Of a DNA stretch of 64,000 nt, positions 33,609 to 44,325 are shown one piece after another. Origin of the DNA: an uncultured Candidatus Saccharibacteria bacterium (GTDB lineage Bacteria; Patescibacteriota; Minisyncoccia; Phycocordibacterales; UBA5272); the NCBI GenBank assembly GCA_964635125.1, contig CAZWMQ010000002.1, forward strand, positions 47,591 through 111,590, given 5' to 3'. Position numbers and translations under genes: made by a program. Each line of letters opens with the position of its first letter. Within the stretch, counting starts at the first letter, position 1. The notes beneath the pieces were generated by a model that worked only from the letters and a program-made list of their open reading frames with translations, did not search any database and was not told where the DNA came from.

Positions 33609-33659
33609 AAAATACAATGTTCAGAATATGCTATAATTTAATTATAAAAAAATAAAATT

Positions 33660-34754
33660 ATGGCAGTAAAAAAGAAAGTAGCAAAAGCTAAGAAAACAAT
33701 CGGAGAGAAAATTGAAGGTAAAAAAGTTAATGCAGATGAGTTATTAAAAGAAATACAACAAAAATTCGGTGAAGGAGCTATTATGAAGCTTGGAGAAACC
33801 CCAAAAGTTGATATTGGAGTAATCGGAACTGGATCAATTGGATTAGATTATGCCTTAGGTGTTGGTGGACTTCCTCGAGGAAGAATTGTTGAAATCTACG
33901 GACCAGAGTCCTCTGGAAAAACTACTTTGACACTTCATGTAATTGCTGAGGCACAGAAAATGGGAGGAACTTGTGCTTTTATTGATGCTGAACATGCTAT
34001 GGATCCAGAATATGCTAAGAAGCTTGGCATCAATATTAATGAATTATTAATTTCTCAACCAGATAATGGTGAGCAAGCTCTCGATATTGCAGAAACTTTA
34101 GTTAGATCTGGAAAAATTGATGTCTTAATTATTGATTCAGTTGCTGCCTTAACTCCACAAGCAGAAATCGAAGGAGATATGTCCCAAGCTCATGTTGGTA
34201 GACAAGCAAGACTCATGTCCCAAGCTTTAAGAAAATTAACTTCTATTGCCCACAAGTCAAAGACAGTAATTATATTTATCAATCAGATAAGAATGCAAAT
34301 TGGAATAATGTTCGGTAATCCTGAAACAACTCCAGGAGGAAAGGCATTAAAGTTTTATGCTTCGGTCCGCTTAGACATTCGTAAGATCGCTCAGATTAAG
34401 AAAGGAGACGAGGTGCTTGGGGCTAGAACTCGAGTAAAAGTAGTTAAAAATAAAGTGGCTGCTCCATTTAAACAAACTGAGTTCGATATTATGTATGGAG
34501 AAGGTATTTCTCATGAAGGAGAGTTACTAGCTCTTGGAGAGAAATTTAAGATAATAAATAAAAGCGGATCTAGTTATACTTTTGGAGAGGAAAAGTTAGG
34601 ACGAGGTTATGATGCTGCTAGAAGCTATCTAAAAGAAAATCCTAAAGTAACTAAAGAAATTGAAAAACAAATCAGAAAAGCACTGGTTAGTGGTGGCTTA
34701 GAATTCACTCCCGAAAAACACGAAACTGAAGAAGACGAAGCTCCGGAAGAATAA
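33660..34754 (+). CDS. recA: recombinase RecA
   Basis: '[13 protein letters not shown]', 'IIDSVAAL' and '[36 protein letters not shown]'. Confidence 0.95.
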   Translation: MAVKKKVAKAKKTIGEKIEGKKVNADELLKEIQQKFGEGAIMKLGETPKVDIGVIGTGSIGLDYALGVGGLPRGRIVEIYGPESSGKTTLTLHVIAEAQKMGGTCAFIDAEHAMDPEYAKKLGININELLISQPDNGEQALDIAETLVRSGKIDVLIIDSVAALTPQAEIEGDMSQAHVGRQARLMSQALRKLTSIAHKSKTVIIFINQIRMQIGIMFGNPETTPGGKALKFYASVRLDIRKIAQIKKGDEVLGARTRVKVVKNKVAAPFKQTEFDIMYGEGISHEGELLALGEKFKIINKSGSSYTFGEEKLGRGYDAARSYLKENPKVTKEIEKQIRKALVSGGLEFTPEKHETEEDEAPEE

Positions 34755-34877
34755 TTTTTATCTTTAATTTACTCTATTTTAATAATTTCTATTTTTTATT
34801 CTCTTTTAAAATACTCTTGTAAAATAAGAGTATTTTTTGTTTTCTAAGAAGAATTTGCTATTTTTAATTAAAATTAC

Positions 34878-35045
34878 TTGACAAATAAGTTTGGTTATGT
34901 TAAGATATTAATAGTTCAGAGTTAGGGCCCGCATCATGATGCTTGGCCTTTCGAACAATGATTAACCGGTTAACCGGTAAGTCGGTACCTCAGAAAGATT
35001 CAATCTTTTTGTGAGCCAGTGCCGACAAATATTAGATTTTTTTTA
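34878..35045 (+). ncRNA. candidate orphan structured small RNA (~130 nt) with its own promoter and U-tract, unassigned family
   Basis: TTGACA (34878-83), 17-bp spacer, TG-n-TAAGAT (34898-906). Perfect 12-bp palindromes 'GCATCATGATGC' and 'TTAACCGGTTAA'/'CCGGTTAACCGG'. 8-bp closing stem 'GTCGGTAC'...'GTGCCGAC'. T9 at ~35036-35044. Confidence 0.35.
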
Positions 35046-35052
35046 ACTTAAC

Positions 35053-35084
35053 CCCCCAAGTAATACTTGGGGGTTCGTATTTGT
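35053..35084 (+). terminator. hairpin terminator followed by the rpsA promoter (extended -10 'TGTTATATT' at ~35101-35109)
   Basis: 'CCCCCAAG-TAATA-CTTGGGGG' followed by 'TTCGTATTTG'. Confidence 0.5.
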
Positions 35085-35192
35085 ATAATTCCCCTATCTG
35101 TGTTATATTTTCTTAATCTAATTAACCCAAAGATCAATAATGTTTATTTACTTAACGAATATTTAGATTTTTGCAATTAGAAAAATAAAAAA

Positions 35193-36326
35193 ATGACTAA
35201 TAATAAAGATATAGTATTAAATAAAAATACTGAATTAATATTGAATAATATTAAAAATATTAAAGATGGAGACACTATAGAAGGTCCAGTCTTAGCAATT
35301 ACTAAGAATGCTGTTTATGTTGATCTTGGTAATAATGGTACTGGAAGAATATATGGAATTGAGTATATTCATGCTAAAGACTTAATTAAAAGAATTAATA
35401 TTGGAGACTTGATCTCAGCTAAAGTACTTATGGCTTTAGATAAAGACGGATATATTGATTTATCACTACAAGAAGCAAGATTCGCTTTGATCTGGACTGA
35501 AGCTGAACAAGCTTTGAAAGAAAAAAGAAATATGAGTCTAGTTGTCAAAGATGCTAATAAAGGAGGATTAATCTTAGAGTGAAATAATTTAAATGGATTT
35601 TTACCTTCGTCTCAATTGAAAGGAGAAAATTATCCTAAAGTTACCGATGGAAACAAAGATCAAATCTTATCTGAACTTAAAAAATTAATTGGAGAAAGAG
35701 TTTCTGTGAATATTATTGCGGTAATTCCAAAAGAAGGTAAATTAATCTTCTCTGAAGCTAGTGATGACTTAGCTAAAGCTGCAAAAGGAGAAAAAAATGA
35801 AAAAGTAAAAGAAGCTACTAAGAATAATAAGACTCTGGCAAAAATTATCTCTAACTACAATCTAGGAGATAAGTTAGATGGAGTTGTAACTGGTATAGTT
35901 GACTTTGGAATCTTTGTAAAAATTGATAATGAGGTAGAAGGATTAATCCATAAAAGTGAAATTGATTGGGGCTTAGTTGAGAATACTAAAGACTATGCTA
36001 AGATTGGTGATAATGTTAAAGTTGAAGTAATTGAGATTAAAGATGGTAAGATTTCTCTATCAATGAAGAAATTAAAACCTAATCCATGATTAAATGCTTC
36101 TAAGAAGTACAAGAAAGGTGATGCTGTCGATGGAGTGGTAATCAGATTTAATAAGCATGGGGCTCTAGTCTCGGTTGAAGAAGGGGTTGCTGGGTTAATT
36201 CATATCTCTGATTTTGAAAATGAAGCTAAGATGAAAGAAGCTCTATCCCTCGGTAAAGTTTATAAATTTGAGATTAATTTATTCGATGGTAAAGATGAGA
36301 AAATGACTTTAACTTTAAAGAAGTAA
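35193..36326 (+). CDS. rpsA: 30S ribosomal protein S1 (4 S1 domains). Merges 3 track ORFs through 2 in-frame TGA
   Basis: TGA at 35580-82 gives 'GLILE-W-NNLNGFLPSSQL'. TGA at 36087-89 gives 'KLKPNP-W-LNASKKYKKGDAVDGVV'. Both TGA sit on the conserved S1 Trp positions. Confidence 0.8.
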
Positions 36327-36374
36327 TTTTAATTAATATATTTTAAAATAAAAACTACTAATTGCTAGTAGTTT

Positions 36375-36905
36375 TTATTTTAAAATTATATCTTTCAAAT
36401 AGAAAAGTATCTTTTCTTTCATCTCTTTACTCTCTAAAATTTTTAACTCCCCTTTAGTAAAATTCTTTAAAACATAATCTCGCACCACTTTACCATGTGG
36501 TGGAATTACTCCACCCACTCCAGTCCCCTCCTTAGCAATTCCAATTCGAAGTCGGTAGAAATCTTTGCTACCGAAACTATCAATAATATCTTTCAAACCA
36601 TTGTGTCCTCCAGCACTTTTATTATTTGAAAGTCTAACTTTCCCAATTGGAAAATCTTTATCATCGTACATAACGATTAAATTCTCTAAATCAAAATTCT
36701 TATTTTTAATAAACTTTTTTAAAGTTTTCCCCGAATCATTCATAAATTCATTCTTAGATATAAAAACTTCTATTTGATTATCTTTTAAAAATTTTGAAAA
36801 AGCATTGTCTTCTAGAAGATAATTAATTAAGATCCTACCAGCATTATGGCGAGTTAGACTGTACTTTTCTCCCGGATTGCCAAGAGCATAAATCAAATAT
36901 TTCAT
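36375..36905 (-). CDS. pth: peptidyl-tRNA hydrolase
   Basis: 'MKYLIYALGNPGEKYSLTRHNAGRILINYL' and 'GGHNGLKDII'. Confidence 0.9.
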   Translation of the reverse strand: MKYLIYALGNPGEKYSLTRHNAGRILINYLLEDNAFSKFLKDNQIEVFISKNEFMNDSGKTLKKFIKNKNFDLENLIVMYDDKDFPIGKVRLSNNKSAGGHNGLKDIIDSFGSKDFYRLRIGIAKEGTGVGGVIPPHGKVVRDYVLKNFTKGELKILESKEMKEKILFYLKDIILK

Positions 36906-36987
36906 AAATATATTATAACAAAATATTTTTCAAAATATAAAATTTGGTAAAGTCTAAATCTCTATGCTATAATCAAATTACTTTATT

Positions 36988-37716
36988 ATGGATAGTTTAT
37001 TAAATTCTATAAATAATCTATTTCAAGATACTACTAGTAGTATCTATAGTCTCCTATTAACTGCAGTTGTCTTTTTCTTCTTATTAATTTTATTTATATC
37101 TATATTCTCTAAAAAAACTAAAAAAACTTTAATCAGATATAAAATCTTAGAAGATAAAGAATCTCCGGCTAAATTATTTCTTCTAATAATCTCAATTATA
37201 GTTATAGTTAAATTAATTCAATCTTATATCATTCAACCATTCTTAGTAGATGGTGGGTCTATGTTACCAACCTTACAGACTGGAGAATTATTAATTATAG
37301 ATAAATTAGGATTTGATATAAATAATTTACATCGTGGAGATGTAATTGTCTTCCGTCATGTTAAGCCAGATAAATATAATGGAAAATTTTTTATTAAGAG
37401 ACTGATTGGATTGCCAGGAGATACTGTCGTAGTTCAAAATGGCATAACCACTATTTATAATAAAGATAACCCTAATGGTATGATCTTGGATGAAAGCTTT
37501 GTAAAATACAAAGATAATGTTAATGATTTTCGAATAACTTTAGGAGAAGATGAATATGTGGCTTTTGGAGATAACCGAGCTGAGAGTTATGACTCTCGTA
37601 GTTGAGGGGTAATTTATAAAAAAGACATTGCTGGAAAAGCAGTCTTCCGATTATATCCATTTAATTTAATTGGCAGTAATCCAGGTGAAGTGCCAATTAA
37701 ATTTATAAGTAAATAG
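36988..37716 (+). CDS. lepB: signal peptidase I (1 in-frame TGA)
   Basis: 'GGSMLPTL' with catalytic Ser, 'IKRLIGLPGDTV' and 'GDNRAESYDSRS-W-GVIYKKDIAGKAVF'. Confidence 0.8.
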
Positions 37717-37726
37717 TTTTAAATTT

Positions 37727-39064
37727 ATGATTAAAAAAGAAAAAGTCAAAATTAAATTAAAAGAACCAATAACTTCTTTAAAAGGTATGCATGATATTCT
37801 AGAGGAAGAATACTATCAATTCCAAGGCATGTATGAAAAAGCTCAAGAAGTAGCTGTCTATTATGGATTTAAACCAATTGAAACTCCGGCTTTAGAAAAA
37901 GAAGAAGTTTTTATTCGTGGAGTTGGAGCTAATTCTGACATAATAGAAAAAGAAATGTATAATTTTAGAACTAAAGGAGGAGAGAGAGTTATTTTAAGAC
38001 CAGAATACACTTCATCTATTATGCGAAGTTATATAGAGCACGGCATGAATAATCTTCCTCAACCGATATCTTTTTATAGTTATGGGAAGCTTTGGCGACA
38101 TGATAATCCACAAAAAGGAAGATTAAGAGAGTTTAGACAATTTAATTTAGAAATATTAGGAACTGATAAATCAATTGCTGATGCTTTAATTATCAGGACA
38201 GCTTACACCATATTAAAAGAATACGGATTTAAAGAATTAATTATTGATATTAATAGTATGGGTGATAAGAATGATAGAGCTACTTTTATTAGAGAATTAA
38301 CTAATTATTATAAAAAACATCTCAGTAAGCTCTGTTCAACTTGTCAAAATAGATTTTCTAATAACCCGCTCAAACTTTTGGATTGTAAAGAAGAAAATTG
38401 TCAAAAATATAAAGAATTAGCTCCAGCCCCAGTAAATTTTCTAGGGACTGATTCTAAGAAACATTTTAGAGAAGTTCTCCAATATTTAGAAGAGATGGGT
38501 ATTGAATATAGAATTAATAATACTTTAGTCCGAGGGCTTGATTATTACACTCATACAGTTTTTGAGATTATAAAAGTAGAAAAAGAACTTGATGAAAATG
38601 GTAAAGAGATAACTGATGGTAAAGAAAGAAATATAACCATTACTGGTGGTGGTAGATACAATTATCTTTCTCAAGAACTAGGATCTAAAAAAGATATTCC
38701 TGGAGTTGGAGTAGCGATTGGTTTAGATAGATTATTATTATTCAAAGATTGTAAAGATTTACATCCTAAAATAATTAAAAAACCTAAAATATATTTCTTA
38801 CAACTAGGGTTTGAGGCAAAGCTTAAATCTTTAACTATTCTAGAAATATTAAGAGAAAATAAAATATCAGTTTATCAAACTTTATCCAAAGAATCCTTAT
38901 CTACACAACTATCTAACGCTGCTAAAACCGAAGTCCCCTATTGTATTATTTTTGGACAAAAAGAAGCTTTAGAAAATATCGTTATAGTTCGAGATATGCA
39001 AACTCATTCTCAAAAAATAATAAAGATCGAAGATCTCTCTGATTATCTTAAAAAGTTGAAGTAA
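37727..39064 (+). CDS. hisS: histidine--tRNA ligase
   Basis: Class II aaRS motifs 'FRTKGGERVILRPEYT', 'RLREFRQFNLEILG' and 'GGGRYNYL...GVGVAIGLDRL'. Confidence 0.9.
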   Translation: MIKKEKVKIKLKEPITSLKGMHDILEEEYYQFQGMYEKAQEVAVYYGFKPIETPALEKEEVFIRGVGANSDIIEKEMYNFRTKGGERVILRPEYTSSIMRSYIEHGMNNLPQPISFYSYGKLWRHDNPQKGRLREFRQFNLEILGTDKSIADALIIRTAYTILKEYGFKELIIDINSMGDKNDRATFIRELTNYYKKHLSKLCSTCQNRFSNNPLKLLDCKEENCQKYKELAPAPVNFLGTDSKKHFREVLQYLEEMGIEYRINNTLVRGLDYYTHTVFEIIKVEKELDENGKEITDGKERNITITGGGRYNYLSQELGSKKDIPGVGVAIGLDRLLLFKDCKDLHPKIIKKPKIYFLQLGFEAKLKSLTILEILRENKISVYQTLSKESLSTQLSNAAKTEVPYCIIFGQKEALENIVIVRDMQTHSQKIIKIEDLSDYLKKLK

Positions 39065-39151
39065 ATATTAACTTGACACACTTATAATAATTTATTATAG
39101 TAATATCAATAGGATGTTCTTTTATATTTATTAATCATAAAAAAAATACAA

Positions 39152-39898
39152 ATGCAAAATCTCAAAAGAGACTTCTTGAAAAGACTCAATTCTCTTAAAG
39201 AAGAGAAGGCTAATACTTATCTTTCTGTAAAAGGTCTTTCTAAAAATGATCTAAAGTTAATCTCTAAAGATGAGGAGAAGTTAATGAATTTGTGGAGGGA
39301 GACTCCTGAGGAATTATGTTCTCCCATAATTAAAAGAATGAGGATCAACAACAAAGAAAAATTAATTAAATATGCCAAAAATGAGAAGAAGTTGATGAAT
39401 TTGTTGAGGAATACTACTGAAGAACTCCGCCCTCCTATAATTAAAACCATTCTTAAATTGATCTCTAAAGATGAGGAAAAGTTGATGAATTTGTGGAGGA
39501 AGACTCCTAACGAACTCCGTCCTCCTATAATTAAGACCGTTCTTAAATTGATCTCTAAAGATGAGGAGAAGTTAATGAATTTGTGGAGGGAGACTCCTAA
39601 CGAACTCTGCCCTCCTATAATTAAAACCATTCTTAAATTGATCTCTAAAGATGAGGAGAAGTTGATGAATTTGTGGAGGAATACCTCTGACGAACTCTGC
39701 CCTCCTATAATTAAGGCCATTCTTAAATTGATCTCTAAAGATGAGGAGAAGTTAATGAATTTGTGGGGGGAGACTCCTAACGAACTCTGCCCTCCTATCA
39801 CTGAGAAGATTGTGGAATTATTAATGAGCTATGATGATAATAAATTCAAAATGGCCGTTGAAAAAATTGATGCGAATATTTTAAAAGCTATTGTCTAA
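39152..39898 (+). CDS. tandem-repeat protein with six ~30-aa repeats 'LKLISKDEEKLMNLWRETPNELCPPIIKTI' (90-bp DNA repeats); unknown function
   Basis: Near-identical 90-bp repeats at 39230-39790. Own promoter-like TTGACA at ~39083 and a terminator at 39913-39944. Confidence 0.6.
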   Translation: MQNLKRDFLKRLNSLKEEKANTYLSVKGLSKNDLKLISKDEEKLMNLWRETPEELCSPIIKRMRINNKEKLIKYAKNEKKLMNLLRNTTEELRPPIIKTILKLISKDEEKLMNLWRKTPNELRPPIIKTVLKLISKDEEKLMNLWRETPNELCPPIIKTILKLISKDEEKLMNLWRNTSDELCPPIIKAILKLISKDEEKLMNLWGETPNELCPPITEKIVELLMSYDDNKFKMAVEKIDANILKAIV

Positions 39899-39912
39899 AT
39901 TATAAAATCTGT

Positions 39913-39944
39913 AAGTGGTCTTGAAAGACCACTTTTATTTTTAC
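39913..39944 (+). terminator. rho-independent terminator
   Basis: 'AAGTGGTCTT-GAAAG-ACCACTT' followed by 'TTATTTTT'. Confidence 0.7.
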
Positions 39945-40023
39945 TTAAATCGAAGATCTCTCTGATTATCTTAAAAAGTTGAAGTAAATTTAATTTTGTG
40001 TTAATATATTTAAATTAATTTAT

Positions 40024-40263
40024 ATGGTCAATACAAATATTAAAGTTCATAAAAAGGAAAAAGACAATGCGATGTCACTATTACATAAATTTTCTAAAAA
40101 AGTTCAAGAAAGTGGTGTTTTACCTAAGGTAAGAAGCAAAAGATATAATGAAAGAGATATGTCTAAAGCTAAAATTAAAAAAGGTAAATTAAAAAAATTA
40201 GTCTCAGCTAATCGATATTCTGAATTAAGGAGACTTGGAAAATTAGTAAAAAAGTCTAAATAA
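40024..40263 (+). CDS. rpsU: 30S ribosomal protein S21
   Basis: 'LHKFSKKVQESGVLPKVRSKRYNER...KAKIKKGKLKK' is S21-like. Confidence 0.7.
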   Translation: MVNTNIKVHKKEKDNAMSLLHKFSKKVQESGVLPKVRSKRYNERDMSKAKIKKGKLKKLVSANRYSELRRLGKLVKKSK

Positions 40264-40665
40264 ATGCGAGCAGAAAAAAAGAATCTTGTTATTTCTAAAA
40301 CTGGTAAGCCAATTGATAAAAAAATACAGATATCTATTTCAAAAATTAAAAATGAAATTTTAAAAGATGAATATATTTTAGAAATTAATTTTATCACTCC
40401 AAAAGTTTCTCAAAAGTTAAACATTAAATACAGAAACAAACATTATATTCCAAATATTTTGTCTTTCCCTCTTTCTAAAACAGAGGGGCAAATATTTCTT
40501 TGTCCATCAGTTATTAAAAAAGAAGCTAAGGGCTTTAATTTATCCTGTGATAATTTTCTTATATTATTAATTACTCACGGTTGCTTACATTTAAAAGGAA
40601 TGGAACACGGCAAAAAAATGGAAACTCTTGAAAATGAAATCTCTAAAAAATATATGTTAAAATAA
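40264..40665 (+). CDS. ybeY: rRNA maturation RNase YbeY
   Basis: 'LLITHGCLHLKGMEHG' H-x-x-x-H...H zinc motif. Confidence 0.75.
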   Translation: MRAEKKNLVISKTGKPIDKKIQISISKIKNEILKDEYILEINFITPKVSQKLNIKYRNKHYIPNILSFPLSKTEGQIFLCPSVIKKEAKGFNLSCDNFLILLITHGCLHLKGMEHGKKMETLENEISKKYMLK

Positions 40666-40669
40666 TCAA

Positions 40670-41845
40670 ATGAGTAAAGATAAATCTCATTTAATAATTG
40701 GAGTAGATCTTGGAAGCAATACTATAAAAATGTGTGCTGTTCTACATTCAGAATATGAAGAAGAGACACCTAGAGTCTTAGGTATTGTCGAAGCTGAAAC
40801 TGAATCTATCTATAAAGGAGACATTATTGATGAAAATAATTTAATAAAAGATATAGAAAAAGTCTTCAATAAATTTCCAGATAAAATATTTAATAAAAAA
40901 TCACCTCTTTTTATAATAGGATTAAATGCTGATGGTATTTCAAGTATTTCTAATAGTAGTCATATCTTAAATAGTAATATAAATAAAGAAGTTACTATCA
41001 ATGACTTAAATCGGCTGGAAAAAGAAGCCTCGATACCCGTGGCTATGATTAAAAATAAAAAAATAATCTCAACTATACCCTTGAGATACAAATTAGATCA
41101 GAACGAAATCCAAGGTAATCCTTTAGGTTTAATCAGTAAAAAAATCGAAGGTAAATTTTTATTTATCTATTCCCCTTCAAATTACATTGATAAGATTGAA
41201 AATATCTTTAATACTCTTAAATTAAAAATCGAAAACTTAGAGATCGGTATTATTGCTGAGAGCATTCCACTTTTAAATAGACGGCAAAAAAATGCTGGGA
41301 CAGCCTTAATTAATTTAGGTTATTCTACTACTAGTATTTTAGTCTTTGAAAATGGAAAGCTAATTTTTGCCTCAGTATTGGGCTTTGGTAGTGATGACAT
41401 AACCAAAGATATTGCTTTAGGGCTACAAATATCTTTAGAGGAAGCTGAAAATATTAAATTAGATCAAACTTTATATTCTTATTCTAAAAGAAAGCTTGAA
41501 GATATAATTGAAGCTAGAATTGAGTATATCTGTGAAAAAATAAATCAAGAGTTAGAAAAAATAAATCGTAAAGAATTATTACCCGGTGGAATAGTTTTGT
41601 CTGGAGGTGGGAGTAAATTAAACGATATAGATTCTCTTTTTAAAAAGTATCTTAAATTACCGATTAAACTATCAGAAAAAGAAATTGCAGAATTTTCTAA
41701 TCAGCAAATTCAAGATCCAACTTATGCTAGAGTATATGGTCTTACTTTTCTAACTCATACTATGAACCATAATTATCATCTAGATAAATATGTTAAAAAC
41801 TTTTTTAGAAAAATTTTAAATTTCTTTAAAAAATTATCTCCTTAA
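40670..41845 (+). CDS. ftsA: cell division protein FtsA (actin-like ATPase)
   Basis: 'LIIGVDLGSNTIKMCAV', 'LINLGYSTTSILVFENGKLI' and 'GIVLSGGGSKL'. Lies immediately upstream of ftsZ. Confidence 0.8.
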   Translation: MSKDKSHLIIGVDLGSNTIKMCAVLHSEYEEETPRVLGIVEAETESIYKGDIIDENNLIKDIEKVFNKFPDKIFNKKSPLFIIGLNADGISSISNSSHILNSNINKEVTINDLNRLEKEASIPVAMIKNKKIISTIPLRYKLDQNEIQGNPLGLISKKIEGKFLFIYSPSNYIDKIENIFNTLKLKIENLEIGIIAESIPLLNRRQKNAGTALINLGYSTTSILVFENGKLIFASVLGFGSDDITKDIALGLQISLEEAENIKLDQTLYSYSKRKLEDIIEARIEYICEKINQELEKINRKELLPGGIVLSGGGSKLNDIDSLFKKYLKLPIKLSEKEIAEFSNQQIQDPTYARVYGLTFLTHTMNHNYHLDKYVKNFFRKILNFFKKLSP

Positions 41846-41939
41846 AATAATATTAGAACATAAAAGATAATTTTCGCAATACTTTGCATTTTTAAATCTC
41901 CTTTGTTATACTTTTTTTACTAATAAAGAATATAAAGAT

Positions 41940-43280
41940 ATGGCTAAAGTATTACCAGAAATTCAAAGTTTTGCACGAATAAAAGTGATTGGGGTTGGTG
42001 GCTCTGGAAAAGGAGCAATTAATCATATGATTACTTCCAATCTAAAAGGGATTGATTTTATAGCTATGAATACTGATACTCAAGATCTTCATAATTGTTT
42101 AGCTACTAAAAAAATTCATCTTGGAAAGAATTTAACTAAAGGCCTCGGAGCTGGTATGGATCCTGAGATCGGTAGAAGAAGTGCTGAAGAAACTAAAGAA
42201 GAAATCCAAGATGCCGTGAAAGGTGCTGACATTGTTTTTATCGCTTGTGGAATGGGTGGTGGAACAGCAACGGGTGCTGCTCCAATTATTGCTAAAGCGG
42301 CAAAAGAAGAAGGAATCTTAACTGTAGCGATTGTTACTAAACCATTTTTCTTTGAGGGGCAAAAAAGATCTTCTATAGCTGAAGCTGGTCTTGCTGAACT
42401 TGAGAAAGAGGTTGATGCTTTAATTGTAATTCCTAACGATAGATTGCTCTCAATTATTGATAGAAATATGTCTGTAAAAGATTCTTTTAAAATGGTAGAT
42501 GAGGTTCTGAAACAAGCCGTAGATGGTATTGCTGATATTATTAAGACTCCAGGAACAGTTAATTTGGATTTCGCAGATATAAAAAGAGTATTGAAAGATT
42601 CTGGAACTGCCTTGATTGGTATTGGAACTGCCAGTGGTGAAAATAGAGCCGTTGAAGCAGCTAAAAATGCTATTTCTTCTCCTCTTTTAGATGTTTCAAT
42701 TATTGGTGCGAAAGGACTTTTGTATGCGATATATGGTGGAGAAAATCTCCCAATGCTTGAAGTAACTGAAGCCGCTAAGATTATTACTGAGTCTGTCGAT
42801 AAAGATGCGACTATTATATTCGGAATTATTAATGATAATGATACTTTAAGAAAAGACGAGATTAAAGTAGTAGTGATTGCTACTAAATTTCCAGCCAATT
42901 ATCGACCTTCTAAAAATATACAACCGATTCTTGCTGGTATTGAAAAAGATATAAGTGAAAAACAACAAAAATTAAAAGTTAAAGAAGAGTTAATTGAAGA
43001 CGATGAGGAACGTGACTTAAATTCAAAAGAAAATAAAAAAAATATAAATTCTAATTCTCATCTATATAAAAACAAAAAAAATGAATTGGCTATTTCTGAT
43101 GAAGAAGAAAAAATTTCCTTCAATAATTCAAAAGATCTAGATGAGGACGATCTATTAGATATAAAAAGAAACTTAAAATCTAATAGAGAGGGCTTAAATA
43201 ATGTTTTGTTAGAAAGACAAGAAGAGGACGAAGAAGATTGGAATATGTTTCCGCCATTTCTAAGAAGGAAAAAGAAGTAA
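41940..43280 (+). CDS. ftsZ: cell division GTPase FtsZ with a long acidic/K-rich C-terminal tail
   Basis: 'IKVIGVGGSGKGAINHM', 'GGGTATGAAPIIAKAAKEEGILTVAIVTKPFFFEG' and 'NLDFADIKRVL'. Confidence 0.95.
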   Translation: MAKVLPEIQSFARIKVIGVGGSGKGAINHMITSNLKGIDFIAMNTDTQDLHNCLATKKIHLGKNLTKGLGAGMDPEIGRRSAEETKEEIQDAVKGADIVFIACGMGGGTATGAAPIIAKAAKEEGILTVAIVTKPFFFEGQKRSSIAEAGLAELEKEVDALIVIPNDRLLSIIDRNMSVKDSFKMVDEVLKQAVDGIADIIKTPGTVNLDFADIKRVLKDSGTALIGIGTASGENRAVEAAKNAISSPLLDVSIIGAKGLLYAIYGGENLPMLEVTEAAKIITESVDKDATIIFGIINDNDTLRKDEIKVVVIATKFPANYRPSKNIQPILAGIEKDISEKQQKLKVKEELIEDDEERDLNSKENKKNINSNSHLYKNKKNELAISDEEEKISFNNSKDLDEDDLLDIKRNLKSNREGLNNVLLERQEEDEEDWNMFPPFLRRKKK

Positions 43281-43296
43281 ATTAGATACGATAAAA

Positions 43297-43325
43297 ACCT
43301 CTTAAAATAAGAGGTTTTTATTTTA
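43297..43325 (+). terminator. rho-independent terminator
   Basis: 'AAAACCTCTT-AAAAT-AAGAGGTTTTTATTTT'. Confidence 0.8.
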
Positions 43326-43351
43326 TTTATTATAAGGTATAATAAGTTGAT

Positions 43352-44317
43352 ATGGAAAATAATACTAAAAATATTTATGATTTAATTATTGTCGGCGGTG
43401 GACCAGCTGGGGCGGCGGCGGCGGTTTATGCAGCTCGTAAAAGACTTAAGAGTCTTTTAATCTTAAAAGAGTGAGGTGGGCAATCTGTGACTAGTAGCGA
43501 AATACAGAATTGGCTTGGGACTATACAGATTACTGGGGAAGAATTAGCGAAAACTTTTAAATCTCATGTTGAAGCTTATGCTAATCCATCTTTAGAGATT
43601 AAGGTTGGAAATCTAGTTAATTCTATAGAAATTATTAATGAAAATTATGAAAATCTAAAAGAATTAATTAAAGTTAATTTAGAAAATGGTGAAAATTATT
43701 TAGCAAAATCAATCTTAATTGCTACTGGTAGTAATCGTAAAGAGTTAAATATCCCATCAGCGAAACAATTTGAAAATAAAGGCCTAACTTATTGTGCCTC
43801 TTGTGATGGGCCAATGTTTTCTGATATGGATGTGGTAGTAATTGGTGGAGGTAATGCTGGCTATGAATCAGCTTCACAATTACTAGCTTATTGTAAAAGT
43901 GTAACTTTACTGGCTCGTAGCGAGCCGAAAGCTGAGGAGATTATGCAAGAAACTTTATCTAAAAATCCTAAATTTAAACTTATTCCTAATACGATCATTA
44001 AAGAGATAAGGGGTGATAATTTTGTCTCTGGTATCGTTTATGAAGATAAAAATACTGAAGAGAGTAAAGAATTAGCAATTAATGGAATATTTGTAGAAAT
44101 CGGTCAAACTCCTAATACTGATTTTGTAAAAAATATTGTTGAATTAGACGAACATAAGAAAATTAAAATTGATCCTTGGACTAATCGAGCGAGTTCTAAA
44201 CATCTGATCTGGGCAGCTGGAGATGCGACTAATATCCTTTATCAACAAAATAACATTGCAGCTGGTGAGGCAGTTAAGGCTCTCGAAGATATTTATAAAA
44301 CCCTCCATACTCTATAA
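43352..44317 (+). CDS. trxB: thioredoxin-disulfide reductase (1 in-frame TGA)
   Basis: '[21 protein letters not shown]...[20 protein letters not shown]', 'CASCDGPMF' redox CxxC and '[14 protein letters not shown]'. Confidence 0.8.
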
Positions 44318-44325
44318 AAATAAAC

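Larger units (their letters stand above)
39037..39988 (+). mobile_element. ~870-bp insertion cassette (repeat-protein gene) bounded by a perfect 40-bp direct duplication of the hisS 3' end
   Basis: 'ATCGAAGATCTCTCTGATTATCTTAAAAAGTTGAAGTAAAT' occurs at 39037-39076 and again at 39949-39988. Confidence 0.55.

Noticed and set aside
39217-39801. 194-aa minus-strand ORF
   Set aside because: It is antisense to the tandem-repeat protein gene and only mirrors its periodicity. The + strand gene has the promoter, start context and terminator.
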